Source: an uncultured Chloroflexia bacterium
GTDB taxonomy: Bacteria > Chloroflexota > Dehalococcoidia > UBA2979
Length of the DNA: 64,000 nt
Direction of reading: 5' to 3'
NCBI GenBank assembly: GCA_963728205.1
Contig: CAVSIV010000006.1
Span: forward strand, 1 to 64,000
Notes under the pieces: generated by a model
What the model saw: the letters and a program-made list of their open reading frames with translations, nothing else
Told to the model about the DNA's origin: nothing
Databases searched by the model: none
Made by a program: the position numbers and the translations under genes
Shown: piece after piece, positions 50,954 to 60,156 of the stretch
How positions within the stretch are numbered: the stretch's first letter is position 1
Layout: each line of letters starts with the position of its first letter

Positions 50954-50986
50954 GAGAGGGCGGCGCGGCGGCCGCGTCGCCCTCTC
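50954..50986 (+). terminator. Strong hairpin after the precursor gene (terminator or mRNA stabiliser)
   Basis: GAGAGGGCGGCGCGG-cgg-CCGCGTCGCCCTCTC, 15-bp stem with one G-T pair, no U-tract. Confidence 0.55.
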
Positions 50987-51031
50987 CGTCAGTGATGCAC
51001 ATACGGACGCGACGGTGAGAGGACGGGCCCG

Positions 51032-52060
51032 ATGGCGACGCGAGCACTGCCCCCGCCCGCAAGCGCGTCGCCGCGCCGCGCGGGCGACCGCTACCACGCG
51101 CTCGGCGGCATCGTCGACTCCGACTTCCCGCTCGCTGATCTCGAGCCCGCCCGCGACGCGCCCGCCCTGGCGCCGGCGGCGGTCGTGCGGCGCCACGAGG
51201 GCACGTTCCCTCCGCTCGGCGCGCTCGTGCGCGAGGTGTGCGCCGCCGACGGGCGGCCGCTCCTTCGGCAGCACTCCTCGCCGGCCGGTCTGCAGATGGA
51301 CGTCGCCGGCGTCGGCCGCTTCTGGATCGACCCCGCAGGCATGAACGTGCGCTACCGCCTGGAACGCGGCGCTGCGGCGCTGGACGTCGAGAGCTACCTC
51401 CTCGGCCCGGTGCTGACGGTCGCGGCACAGATGCGCGGCGAGATGATCTTCCACGCCGGCGCGTTCCTGCTGGACGAGGCAGCCGTCGCCTTCACCGCGC
51501 CCTCCGGGGGCGGGAAGTCGACGCTGGCCGCGAGCGTCGCGCACGCGGGCTACCCCCTCCTCTCGGACGACGTGCTCCCGGTGCGCGAGGAACGCGACGC
51601 GCCGATGGCCTCCCCCTACCTCCCGAAGCTGAAGCTGCGCGACGACTCGCTCGCGATGCTGGGCGAGGCGCCGGAGCGGTTCGCGCGCACGCTCACGTTC
51701 CACGACAAGCGGCGCGTCCGCGTCGAAGCGGACGGGCTCGGCCGTCTCGCGACGCGGCCGGTGCCGCTGCGCGCCTTTTACCGGCTGGCGCCGCACCGGC
51801 GCGACGAGCGCGCCGCGACGGTCGACATCCAGCCGCTCGACCCGGCGCAGGCCTGCCTCGTGCTCCACTCCTCCGTCTACACGCCGGAGCTGCTCGCCGG
51901 CGCACGCGCCGGGCGCACGCTCGCCGCCGCCGCGCGGCTGGCGGCTGCCGTCCCCGTGCGGGTGATCTCCTACTACCGCAGCTACGAGCACCTGGCCGCC
52001 GTGCGCGACGCGCTGATCGCCGACGCGCGGTCACTGCTCGCCGAAGGAGCCGCGCGATGA
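51032..52060 (+). CDS. HPr kinase-like lasso peptide kinase
   Basis: IFHA, APSGGGKSTLA (Walker A), LLSDDV. Confidence 0.88.
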   Translation: MATRALPPPASASPRRAGDRYHALGGIVDSDFPLADLEPARDAPALAPAAVVRRHEGTFPPLGALVREVCAADGRPLLRQHSSPAGLQMDVAGVGRFWIDPAGMNVRYRLERGAAALDVESYLLGPVLTVAAQMRGEMIFHAGAFLLDEAAVAFTAPSGGGKSTLAASVAHAGYPLLSDDVLPVREERDAPMASPYLPKLKLRDDSLAMLGEAPERFARTLTFHDKRRVRVEADGLGRLATRPVPLRAFYRLAPHRRDERAATVDIQPLDPAQACLVLHSSVYTPELLAGARAGRTLAAAARLAAAVPVRVISYYRSYEHLAAVRDALIADARSLLAEGAAR

Positions 52061-53076
52061 CGCCTCCGCTGGTGTGCGTCGAAGGGCTGCATCGCGAGTT
52101 CCAGGGACCGCTCGACTGGCGGCGGCTCGCCCGCCTCCGCTGGGAGCGCCGCGGCGAGGCCGCGCCGCTGCGCGGCGTGACCTTCTCGGTCGACGCCGGC
52201 GAATGGCTCGCGATCATCGGCGGCAACGGCGCCGGGAAGACGACCGTCCTCAAGGTCATCGCCGGTCTGCTGCTGCCGAGTTCGGGCCGCGTCGTCGTCG
52301 ACGGGATCGACGTCGTGCGGCACCCGCGGCGCGTGCAGGCGATGGTCGGCTACGCGCTCGCGGACGAGCGTTCGTTCTTCTGGCGCCTCAACCTGCTCGA
52401 CAACCTCGAGTTCTTCGCGACGCTGGTCGGCGTGCCCCGCCGCGAGCGGCGCGCGCGCAGCGAGCACCTGCTGGAGCGACTCGACCTCGCAGCGCACGCC
52501 GAGCGGCCGTTCGCAGCGCTCTCGACGGGCATGAAGCAGCGCCTCACCATCGCGCGCGCGCTGCTCGGTCGCCCGCGGGTGCTGCTGCTCGACGAGCCGA
52601 CCCGGAGCCTCGACGGCGAGCACGCCCGCCAGGTCTGGTCGGTCGTGCGCGACGAGATGCAGGCGACCGGCGGATCCGTGCTGCTCGTGACGCACCAGCT
52701 GGAGGACGCCGTGTCCCAGTGTCACCGGGTCGCGACGCTCCACGACGGCGTGATCGCCCTGGAGTCGACCGCCGACCAGCTGCGCGAGCGCGCGTCCGGG
52801 TCACACGGCCTGATCATCGCCGTGCGCGACCTGCCTCGCCCCATGCTCGCCCGCCTGCGCGACTTCGAGGGTGTGCGCGACATCCGCGTCGCGTCGGAGA
52901 ACGCCGGAGAGCAGGTCCTCGAGGTGTGGACCCGGAACGGGGACCTCCCGCTGGCCGGGTTCATCGGCGAGCTCACCAGCAGCGGCGCCAGCATCGCATC
53001 GCTTCAGCAGGGCATCCCGCTCCAGGCCGTCCTCGAACAACTGCAGGCCGGCGTCCCGCAGGAGGTGCCCGCATGA
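52057..53076 (+). CDS. ABC transporter ATP-binding protein
   Basis: GGNGAGKTT, LSTGMKQR, LLLDEPT, VTH. Confidence 0.95.
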   Translation: MTPPLVCVEGLHREFQGPLDWRRLARLRWERRGEAAPLRGVTFSVDAGEWLAIIGGNGAGKTTVLKVIAGLLLPSSGRVVVDGIDVVRHPRRVQAMVGYALADERSFFWRLNLLDNLEFFATLVGVPRRERRARSEHLLERLDLAAHAERPFAALSTGMKQRLTIARALLGRPRVLLLDEPTRSLDGEHARQVWSVVRDEMQATGGSVLLVTHQLEDAVSQCHRVATLHDGVIALESTADQLRERASGSHGLIIAVRDLPRPMLARLRDFEGVRDIRVASENAGEQVLEVWTRNGDLPLAGFIGELTSSGASIASLQQGIPLQAVLEQLQAGVPQEVPA

Positions 53077-53870
53077 GCATGGCCATGGCCTTCGTCCGGC
53101 GCGACCTCCGGGTGGCGTGGAGCTATCGCTTCAACTTCTTCCTCCAGCACCTCAGCGTGCTGGGCACTCTCGTCACGATGCGCTTCATGGCCGACGTCGT
53201 CGGGTCGAGCAGCGCGTCGCTCGCCCCGTACGGCAGCGACTACTTCTCGTTCGCGCTGATCGGGATGGCGATCCAGCTCATGGCGTTGCCGGCGGCCACC
53301 ACGTTCCGGGACGCCGTGCGCAACGCGCAGCTGACGGGCACCTTCGAGGCGATGCTGGCGACGCGCGGACACCCGGCGCTGATGATCCTCTCGTCCGGGA
53401 TCTACGCGCTCGGCATGATGCTCGTGCGGCTCATCGTGATCGTGCTCGTCGTCGGGATCGTGCTCGGGGCGCACCTGCGGCTCGAGAACCTCGCCGAGGT
53501 CATCCTCGTGCTGGCGATGACGATGGGCGCGTTCTCCGCGTTCGGCCTGCTGTCGACCGCGTTCACGATCGCGACGAAGCAGACCGAGCCGTTCACGATG
53601 CTCATCCTCTCGCTGTCCGGGGTCGTGAGCGGCGTGCTCTACCCGACCAGCGTCCTGCCGCACTGGCTGGCGGCGGTCGCCCCGTTCCTGCCGATGACCC
53701 ACGCGCTCGAGCTCACGCGCGGACTCTTCATCCAGGGGGCGAGTGTCGGCTCGCTCGCCGGCAGCTTCATCGCACTCGCCGCGTTCACCCTGCTGCTTCC
53801 CATCAGCGTGGTCGTGCTGATGGTCGCGGTCACGTGGGCGAAGCGAACGGGCTCGCTCGCGCACTACTAG
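53073..53870 (+). CDS. ABC-2 type transporter permease
   Basis: ~6 TM segments; GTFE, SGVLYP...LP.WL...LP.THAL. Confidence 0.92.
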   Translation: MSMAMAFVRRDLRVAWSYRFNFFLQHLSVLGTLVTMRFMADVVGSSSASLAPYGSDYFSFALIGMAIQLMALPAATTFRDAVRNAQLTGTFEAMLATRGHPALMILSSGIYALGMMLVRLIVIVLVVGIVLGAHLRLENLAEVILVLAMTMGAFSAFGLLSTAFTIATKQTEPFTMLILSLSGVVSGVLYPTSVLPHWLAAVAPFLPMTHALELTRGLFIQGASVGSLAGSFIALAAFTLLLPISVVVLMVAVTWAKRTGSLAHY

Positions 53871-54122
53871 CCACCGGCCGCCCGGCCCATCCCCGCCCGC
53901 GCGGTGCCGTGCGCCGCGCGGCGCCCCCGCGCGCGACGTCGCCCGCGTGCGCCTCTCTGCCCGCCCGCCTCGATCCCCCCGGTCTCCGCGCACTCCCGGC
54001 GTTCCGGACGCGCGCGCGAATGAGGGTCCCCCCGGGGCCATAGCAGGGTTTTCCCCGACGCCGGCCACCCCACCGATAGCGCTCAATCGCCACGGCGGGC
54101 TCACGGCAAAGGACGGAACCCC

Positions 54123-54533
54123 ATGCGCGACACCTATACCCTCGTACTCGGCCCGGCGAGCGCCGCCGACACGACACGAGAGATCGTTGAACACATCCGG
54201 GCGCGCGGCATGAACGCGTGGTCGGAATCGCTCGAGGACACGCCGCCGAACACGGCGGCCATGGCCTGGGCAGACGCCGTCGTCCTCGTCGACCCGACGC
54301 CGGATGCGACGCTCGCACACGCACCGATCTCCTGGCAGCGCAAGCCGCGCATCCTCGTCGCCGGGGCGTGGTTGGAGGGCACGTCTCGCGCAGGCCTCCT
54401 CGACGACGGATTCGATCAGGTGCTGTCATCGGAGTCGAGCCCGCTGATCATCGCGGCGCACGCCGAACGGCTGCTCAATCGTGGCATGATGTCTACCGAC
54501 CTTCGGAAGGGCCCCCTGGCGCCCGAGCGTTGA
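54123..54533 (+). CDS. Hypothetical protein, possibly a degenerate receiver domain
   Basis: DAVVLVD and LDDGFDQVL resemble receiver elements; sits next to a response regulator. Confidence 0.5.
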   Translation: MRDTYTLVLGPASAADTTREIVEHIRARGMNAWSESLEDTPPNTAAMAWADAVVLVDPTPDATLAHAPISWQRKPRILVAGAWLEGTSRAGLLDDGFDQVLSSESSPLIIAAHAERLLNRGMMSTDLRKGPLAPER

Positions 54534-54736
54534 CGGGTAGACGCGGGCGGGGGTGTGGAGGTCTCCGTCGCGCGCGGGTGGTCGCCGGGCGCACGGCATG
54601 GTTCGACCTGGCGGTTCCAACGAGAGCGCAGCCCTTGCTCGACATTCTCGATCTACAAGGAGAGCCGTCCCCCGGCTCGCTGGGTGATACCCCGCGAGGC
54701 GGCCCGCCGCGTCGACCAGTAGATCGTTCAGGGCTC

Positions 54737-55504
54737 ATGCTTGTCGTGCTCGGTACCGCGGATCCCGCAGTGAACCTCTCGATCGCTCGCGATCTCGCGC
54801 AGATCGGTTTCGCGGTGATCGGCGCTTCGACCGCCGCCGAGACGATCCGCAGCGCGTTCGACGCGCAGCCGGATGCGGTCATCGTCGACCTGCAGCTGGC
54901 GGAGGTCTCGGCGATCGAGCTGATCCGCACCCTGCGCGCGGGCGTCGACATCCTGATCCTGGCCATGGGCAACGTCAGCGGGCCGGCGGAAGTGGTCGCG
55001 ATCCTCGAGGCCGGGGCGGACGACGTCGTCCCGTACGCGATCGAGCAGGTCGAGCTCGGCGCGCGGCTTCGCGCCGGGCTGCGCCGTCGCACGCGGGCGC
55101 ATACCGAGGTGGAGACCGCTTCGCTGGTCACGACCGGCGACCTCGTGATCGACCGGACCATGCGGAGCGTGACCAAGGGCGGCGAACCCGTCCACCTGAC
55201 CCGCACCGAATACCGGCTGCTCGACGCGCTGGCGTCGCGCGTCGGCCAGGTGGCCCCGCACGGCTTCCTCGCGACGATGCTGTCGAGCTCCGATACGACG
55301 GGCAGCCTTCACTCGCTCCGGCTGTACATCAACTACCTGCGCAAGAAGCTCGAGGACGACCCCGGGGAGCCGGAGTACCTCATCACCGAATGGGGCATCG
55401 GATACCGGCTCGCCGCGCGACCGGCGGCGCGGATCCCCGCCAACGAGGCGGCGCCGCCCGAAGCCGACGAGACGAACGAGCCCGGGCCCGAACCGGACGG
55501 GTAA
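54737..55504 (+). CDS. OmpR/KdpE-like response regulator, atypical receiver
   Basis: PDAVIVDL, GADD, LTRTEY.LL, LRKKLEDDP..P.YL.TE.GIGY; start uncertain. Confidence 0.88.
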   Translation: MLVVLGTADPAVNLSIARDLAQIGFAVIGASTAAETIRSAFDAQPDAVIVDLQLAEVSAIELIRTLRAGVDILILAMGNVSGPAEVVAILEAGADDVVPYAIEQVELGARLRAGLRRRTRAHTEVETASLVTTGDLVIDRTMRSVTKGGEPVHLTRTEYRLLDALASRVGQVAPHGFLATMLSSSDTTGSLHSLRLYINYLRKKLEDDPGEPEYLITEWGIGYRLAARPAARIPANEAAPPEADETNEPGPEPDG

Positions 55505-55515
55505 GGCCAGACCGC

Positions 55516-57030
55516 CTAGATCTGACCGCGTCCCGTCTCCGCTACTGCCCCCGCGCGCCGCGGTGCGCTCGCCCGTTCCGTCGCAAGCGGCAGCCATACC
55601 GTGAACGTCGTGCCCACGCCGGGCCGCGAGTCCACCGTGATCGTGCCGTCGAGCTCGGCGACCAGTTCGCGCGTCGCCACGAGCCCCAGTCCGTAGCCCT
55701 GCGTCGCGGTCTTCGTCGTGAAGAACGGCTCGAACACGCGGTCGCGGATCTCGGGCGACATGCCCGTGCCGGTGTCACGCACCACGATCTCGACGCCGGG
55801 CGCCGCGTGCTCCACGGCGGCGCCGACCATCCGCACCGACAGATCGACGTGGCCGCGCGCGGTCCCCGGGTCGGCCGACTCAATGAGCGACTCGAGCACG
55901 GCATCGCGCGCGTTCGTCAGCAGGTTGGTGCAGATGCGATGAACGTCGCCGGACCCCGCGGCCACGGGGAGCGGTGCGGGCGGCAGATCGAGTTGCAGGC
56001 GGATCCGCCGGTCGAGCCCCTCCTTCGTCGCGTCGACGGCGTCGCTCACAACCGCTCGGATGTCCGGGGTGAGCGACGCGGGGCGCTGCGCGCGGTCGAC
56101 GGCGGCGCGCGCGAACTCGATCAGCTCGCGCGAGAGGCCGGCGGCTCGCGTCGTCGCGCGGATCGCGCGGCCGAGGTGCTCCGGTTCGCCCGCATCCTCC
56201 ATCGCCATGTCGAGCGAGACGCCGATCACCGAGAGCAGGTTGTTGAAGTCGTGCGCCACGCCCGCCGCGAGCGTGCTCACCGCCTCCAGCCGCTCGGCGC
56301 GTGCCCGCGACGCCTCCGCGTCGCGCCGGGCACTGAGGTCGTGCCCGATCAGCAGGACGCTGTCGTCGCCGAGCGCGATCAGGTCGCAGTACACCGGGAC
56401 GACCGTGCCGTCGCCGCAGCGCACCTCGCGCTCGACCTGCGCCGCGCCGACGCCCACCGCGCGGTCGACTGTGCCCTTCGACGACGGGTCGACGTCGGCG
56501 ATGAAGTCGCGGAAGTGTCGGCCGAGGATCTGCTCGCGGGGGTACTTGAAGAACTCGCAACCGGCGTCGTTGACGTAGCTGTAGATGCCGTCGCCGTCGA
56601 TGATGCCAATCGGGTCGCTGGCCGCCGAGAGCGCGCGGCGGAAGCGGGCGTCGCTCTCGCGGCGGGCCTCCGCGGCGCGGCGATAGCGCAGGATGATGGG
56701 GCGAAGCGCCGCGGCCATGCCCGCCAGCGTGACGGCGCCGAGCAGCAGCGACACCTGGACGGTGCCCGGCAGCGCCGCATGGCCGGCTCGCGCGTACTGG
56801 ATCGCCGCGAAGGTGCGCTCGGCCGCCGACAGCGCGAGCGCGAGGCCGACGATCAGCCACACGCGGGCCTCGCCGCGCGCGGCGCCCCGCGAGAGGTCGA
56901 ACGCCGCCCACGCCGCGACCGCGAGGGCAGCCACCGAGATGGCGACGGCCGCTCCACCCAGACTGCCCACGAGAGCCCCCGCCTCACCCGACAGCGCGAC
57001 GCCTCGTCCCAGTATGACGAATGCATTCAA
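55516..57030 (-). CDS. Membrane PAS-domain sensor histidine kinase
   Basis: TM segments, PAS (YVND..CE), AHDFNNLL, NLLTNARDA, DTGTGM, FEPFFTTK. Confidence 0.93.
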   Translation of the reverse strand: MNAFVILGRGVALSGEAGALVGSLGGAAVAISVAALAVAAWAAFDLSRGAARGEARVWLIVGLALALSAAERTFAAIQYARAGHAALPGTVQVSLLLGAVTLAGMAAALRPIILRYRRAAEARRESDARFRRALSAASDPIGIIDGDGIYSYVNDAGCEFFKYPREQILGRHFRDFIADVDPSSKGTVDRAVGVGAAQVEREVRCGDGTVVPVYCDLIALGDDSVLLIGHDLSARRDAEASRARAERLEAVSTLAAGVAHDFNNLLSVIGVSLDMAMEDAGEPEHLGRAIRATTRAAGLSRELIEFARAAVDRAQRPASLTPDIRAVVSDAVDATKEGLDRRIRLQLDLPPAPLPVAAGSGDVHRICTNLLTNARDAVLESLIESADPGTARGHVDLSVRMVGAAVEHAAPGVEIVVRDTGTGMSPEIRDRVFEPFFTTKTATQGYGLGLVATRELVAELDGTITVDSRPGVGTTFTVWLPLATERASAPRRAGAVAETGRGQI

Positions 57031-57072
57031 CGCGCGGCGGGCCGTCGCGAGCGCTTCGGGTGGCGAGGCTGT

Positions 57073-58050
57073 CTACGCGAGCGCGTACCGCGGCGGCCGC
57101 ACCCACTCCTCGCCGGCGGGGTTCTCCTGCGCTCGAATCTCGCGACGTCGCTGCGCCGCCTCGAGGCGCTGCGCGCGGCGGATCACTAGGTCGCGCTCGC
57201 GCTGGTGCTCGACGTCGCGGGACGATGCCGCCGCGCGCCGCCGCCGCGGCTTGCCGGGCTCCACCTCGATGCGCTCCTCGTCGGCCAGCTGCTTGAGGTG
57301 GCTCCGCACGTTGTTCTCGGCGGCGCGGCGCAGCCGCGGGTTGATGTCGGGGTAGAGCTTGAGCATGAGGTCCCAGCTCGTGACCGGCTTGCCCTCCGCG
57401 AGCGCGTCGAGGATTTGACGCTCGCGCATGTTGCGATGGTCGACGTACATCTGCAGCCGCTCGCGCGGGTCGTTCACGATCTTGCCGTGGCCCGGGCAGA
57501 TCACCTTGAGGTTCGGCAGCGCGAGCAGCCGCTCCAGGCTGCGCCGGTACTCCGCGAGATCCCACACGGTCGTCGTCGACGAACCGAGCAGCGTGTCGCC
57601 GGTGAACAGCACGCCCTCGCGCTCGAGATAGAAGCACAGCGAGTCGACGCTGTGGCCGGGCGTCGCCATCACCTGCAGGCGCACCCCCTTGCCGAGGTCG
57701 ATCACATCGCCGTCGGCCAGCTGGTTGACCTGGCGCGGGATGCGGCCGGTGAGCAGGCGCCGGCCGCCCTCGGGAATCGCAACCTCGGCGCCGAGGAAGC
57801 GCTGCGCCCACTTCAGGTTCCCCGAGTGATCGGAGTGGTGGTGCGTGATCGCCGCCACGCCGATCTCCGCGTGCTCGGTGGCGGCGAGGTAGCCGCGCAG
57901 GAACCAGCGGTAGCGGTCGATGGCCTCACCGGAGTCGATGGTGAGCGACTGCCCGCCCTTCGGCCCGACCAGGTAGATCGAGGTGAAATCGGGATGCATG
58001 GGGTTCTCGTCGGGCACCATGGCGGCGCGGACGGAGCGGCTGATCTGCAT
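57073..58050 (-). CDS. MBL-fold metallo-hydrolase (LACTB2-like)
   Basis: THHHSDHSG, TPGHS, FTGD, PGHG. Confidence 0.92.
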   Translation of the reverse strand: MQISRSVRAAMVPDENPMHPDFTSIYLVGPKGGQSLTIDSGEAIDRYRWFLRGYLAATEHAEIGVAAITHHHSDHSGNLKWAQRFLGAEVAIPEGGRRLLTGRIPRQVNQLADGDVIDLGKGVRLQVMATPGHSVDSLCFYLEREGVLFTGDTLLGSSTTTVWDLAEYRRSLERLLALPNLKVICPGHGKIVNDPRERLQMYVDHRNMRERQILDALAEGKPVTSWDLMLKLYPDINPRLRRAAENNVRSHLKQLADEERIEVEPGKPRRRRAAASSRDVEHQRERDLVIRRAQRLEAAQRRREIRAQENPAGEEWVRPPRYALA

Positions 58051-58342
58051 GGCGGCCTCGCGTTCCGGTCGGTTCCGCGGCGCGGGGCGCCGGGTCCGCC
58101 GCAGCATACCCGCCCGGTGGGCGCGGCCGTCGGCGGCGAGCGCGGCCGCCCCGGGAATCCGCTCAGCGCGCCCGACCCGCCCCCAGCATCTCCACCGACT
58201 TCGCGATGCGGCGCGCCCGCGTCTCCAGCGTCTTCGCGGCTTCCACGTTCAGCACGTGCCAGCGACGGTTCGTATACGCGAGCCCGTCGAAGAACCGCTG
58301 CTCCTCGGGCGCGGCGCGGAGCGCGGCGGCGAAGTCGAACGT

Positions 58343-60046
58343 TTACGCCACCGACACCAGCACGCTGTGGTAGCCCGTCGCGCCGTTCGGCGCGGGCGCG
58401 TGCGGCTCCGCGACCTGCAGGTTCCCGTCGCCGTCCGTCGCCCGAACCGCGATCAGGTAGTCGCCCGGCGTCGCATCCCATGCATAGACCCACTGCCGCC
58501 AGCTCGATTGCGTGAGCGCCTCGCCGAGGCGCGCCTCGCGCCACTCGCCGGAGTCCGCCGGCGCGCCCGGGTGCGTGATGCGCACCTCGACCTTGCTGAT
58601 GCTGCGGATGCCGCCCCACGCCACGCCGGCGACGGGCACGGGCCCCGCCCTCACCCCGCGGCCGTTCTGCGGAACGTCGATGCGCGACTGCGTCTTGATC
58701 GGTCCCTGCTTCGACCAGCCGCGCGGGATCCAGTACGCATCGAAGGCCTCGAGCGTCGTGAGCTCGATCTCCTTCAGCCACTTCGTCGCCGACACGTAAC
58801 CGTAGAGGCCCGGCACGATCAGCCGCGCCGGGAAGCCGTGCTTCGCCGGCAGCGGCTCGCCGTTCATCCCAACCGCGACCATCGACGGCCGGCCGTCGAG
58901 CGCGACCGCCGTCGGGAAGCCGACCGTGAAGCCGTCGACCGACCGGCCCACGACCTGCGAAGCGCCCGCCTGCACGCCCGCTTTCTTCAGGATCTCGGCG
59001 AGCGACACCCCGAGCCACACCGCGTTGCCGGCGAGGTTGCCGCCGACCTCGTTCGACACGCACACAAGCGTCGCCGACTGCTCGATCGACGTCATGTGCA
59101 GCAGGTCGTCGAAGGTGAGCGTGTAGGGATGGTCGACCATGCCCTTGATGCTCAGCGTCCACGTCGACGCGTCGATCTGCGGGATCACGAGCGCGGTGTC
59201 GATGCGATAGAAGCTGGCGTTCGGCGTGACGAGCGCGGAGATGCCGTCGACCTGCGCGGGATTGGAGGGGACGGGGCCGGGAGGCGTCGCCGCCGACGTC
59301 GCGGAGGCCGCCGGCGCGGTGGTCGCGACCGGCGTCGAAGTGGCGACGGCGCCCGCGCTGCTCGCCGGCTGCGCGGTCGCAAGCGGCGTCGGCGTATTGC
59401 GCACGGTGGGCAGCACGATGGTGCGGCGCTGAGCCTCGACGTCGACGGCCGGGCCGAACGCGTTGCGCCCGACGACGCCGGCCAGCGCGGCCGCGCCGCC
59501 GGCGCCCGCGGCGAGCGCGAAGAAGCGGCGGCGATCGCCGGCACCTGTACGCGGCATCACCGCGCGCGCCTCGGCCGCGTCGCCCGAGCCCGCGGGCGGG
59601 GTGGGCTCGCTCGCCGGTGCCGTCGGCGCGACGTCGAGCAGCACGCGCAGCGCGACCCAGCCCGCGAGCGCGCCGACGCCCGCGTCGAGGAACGCGATCA
59701 CGGTCGCGGTCAGCGGGTCGCGCGCGCCGGCCAGCGCGCCGGCGAGCCCGAAGCCGGCGAACGCGGCGACGCCTACCCAGCGCCGGCGCCCCGCCGCCGG
59801 GCCGAGCGCCGCGCCGAGCGCCAGCGACACCGCGACCACGCTCCACAGCACCGTCGGCTTGTCGTGTGTGCCGAGCGCCTCGATCGCACGCTTCACGACG
59901 GGCCCGGGCGTGTAGTCGACGATCGCCCGGCCGACCTCGACGATCAGCGACGCGTTCGTGATCCCCGCCATGAGCTCGACCGCGCCCAGCGCGACCGCGG
60001 CGGCCAGCAGGCCGGCGAGGGCGTCGTAGCGGCGAATGCGGGTCAT
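58343..60046 (-). CDS. Membrane-bound molybdopterin oxidoreductase (sulfite oxidase family)
   Basis: FYRID, CVSN, HGFPARLIVPGLYG...KW, IKTQSRID. Confidence 0.92.
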   Translation of the reverse strand: MTRIRRYDALAGLLAAAVALGAVELMAGITNASLIVEVGRAIVDYTPGPVVKRAIEALGTHDKPTVLWSVVAVSLALGAALGPAAGRRRWVGVAAFAGFGLAGALAGARDPLTATVIAFLDAGVGALAGWVALRVLLDVAPTAPASEPTPPAGSGDAAEARAVMPRTGAGDRRRFFALAAGAGGAAALAGVVGRNAFGPAVDVEAQRRTIVLPTVRNTPTPLATAQPASSAGAVATSTPVATTAPAASATSAATPPGPVPSNPAQVDGISALVTPNASFYRIDTALVIPQIDASTWTLSIKGMVDHPYTLTFDDLLHMTSIEQSATLVCVSNEVGGNLAGNAVWLGVSLAEILKKAGVQAGASQVVGRSVDGFTVGFPTAVALDGRPSMVAVGMNGEPLPAKHGFPARLIVPGLYGYVSATKWLKEIELTTLEAFDAYWIPRGWSKQGPIKTQSRIDVPQNGRGVRAGPVPVAGVAWGGIRSISKVEVRITHPGAPADSGEWREARLGEALTQSSWRQWVYAWDATPGDYLIAVRATDGDGNLQVAEPHAPAPNGATGYHSVLVSVA

Positions 60047-60156
60047 GGCGGTTCCCTCCGGTGCGGGCGACACGCGCCCGCCCGGATCGATTGGACTGCA
60101 TTCTGGACACCGCAGGGATTACAAACCTGTCGGAGCGACAGGCGAGTCGCCCGGGC

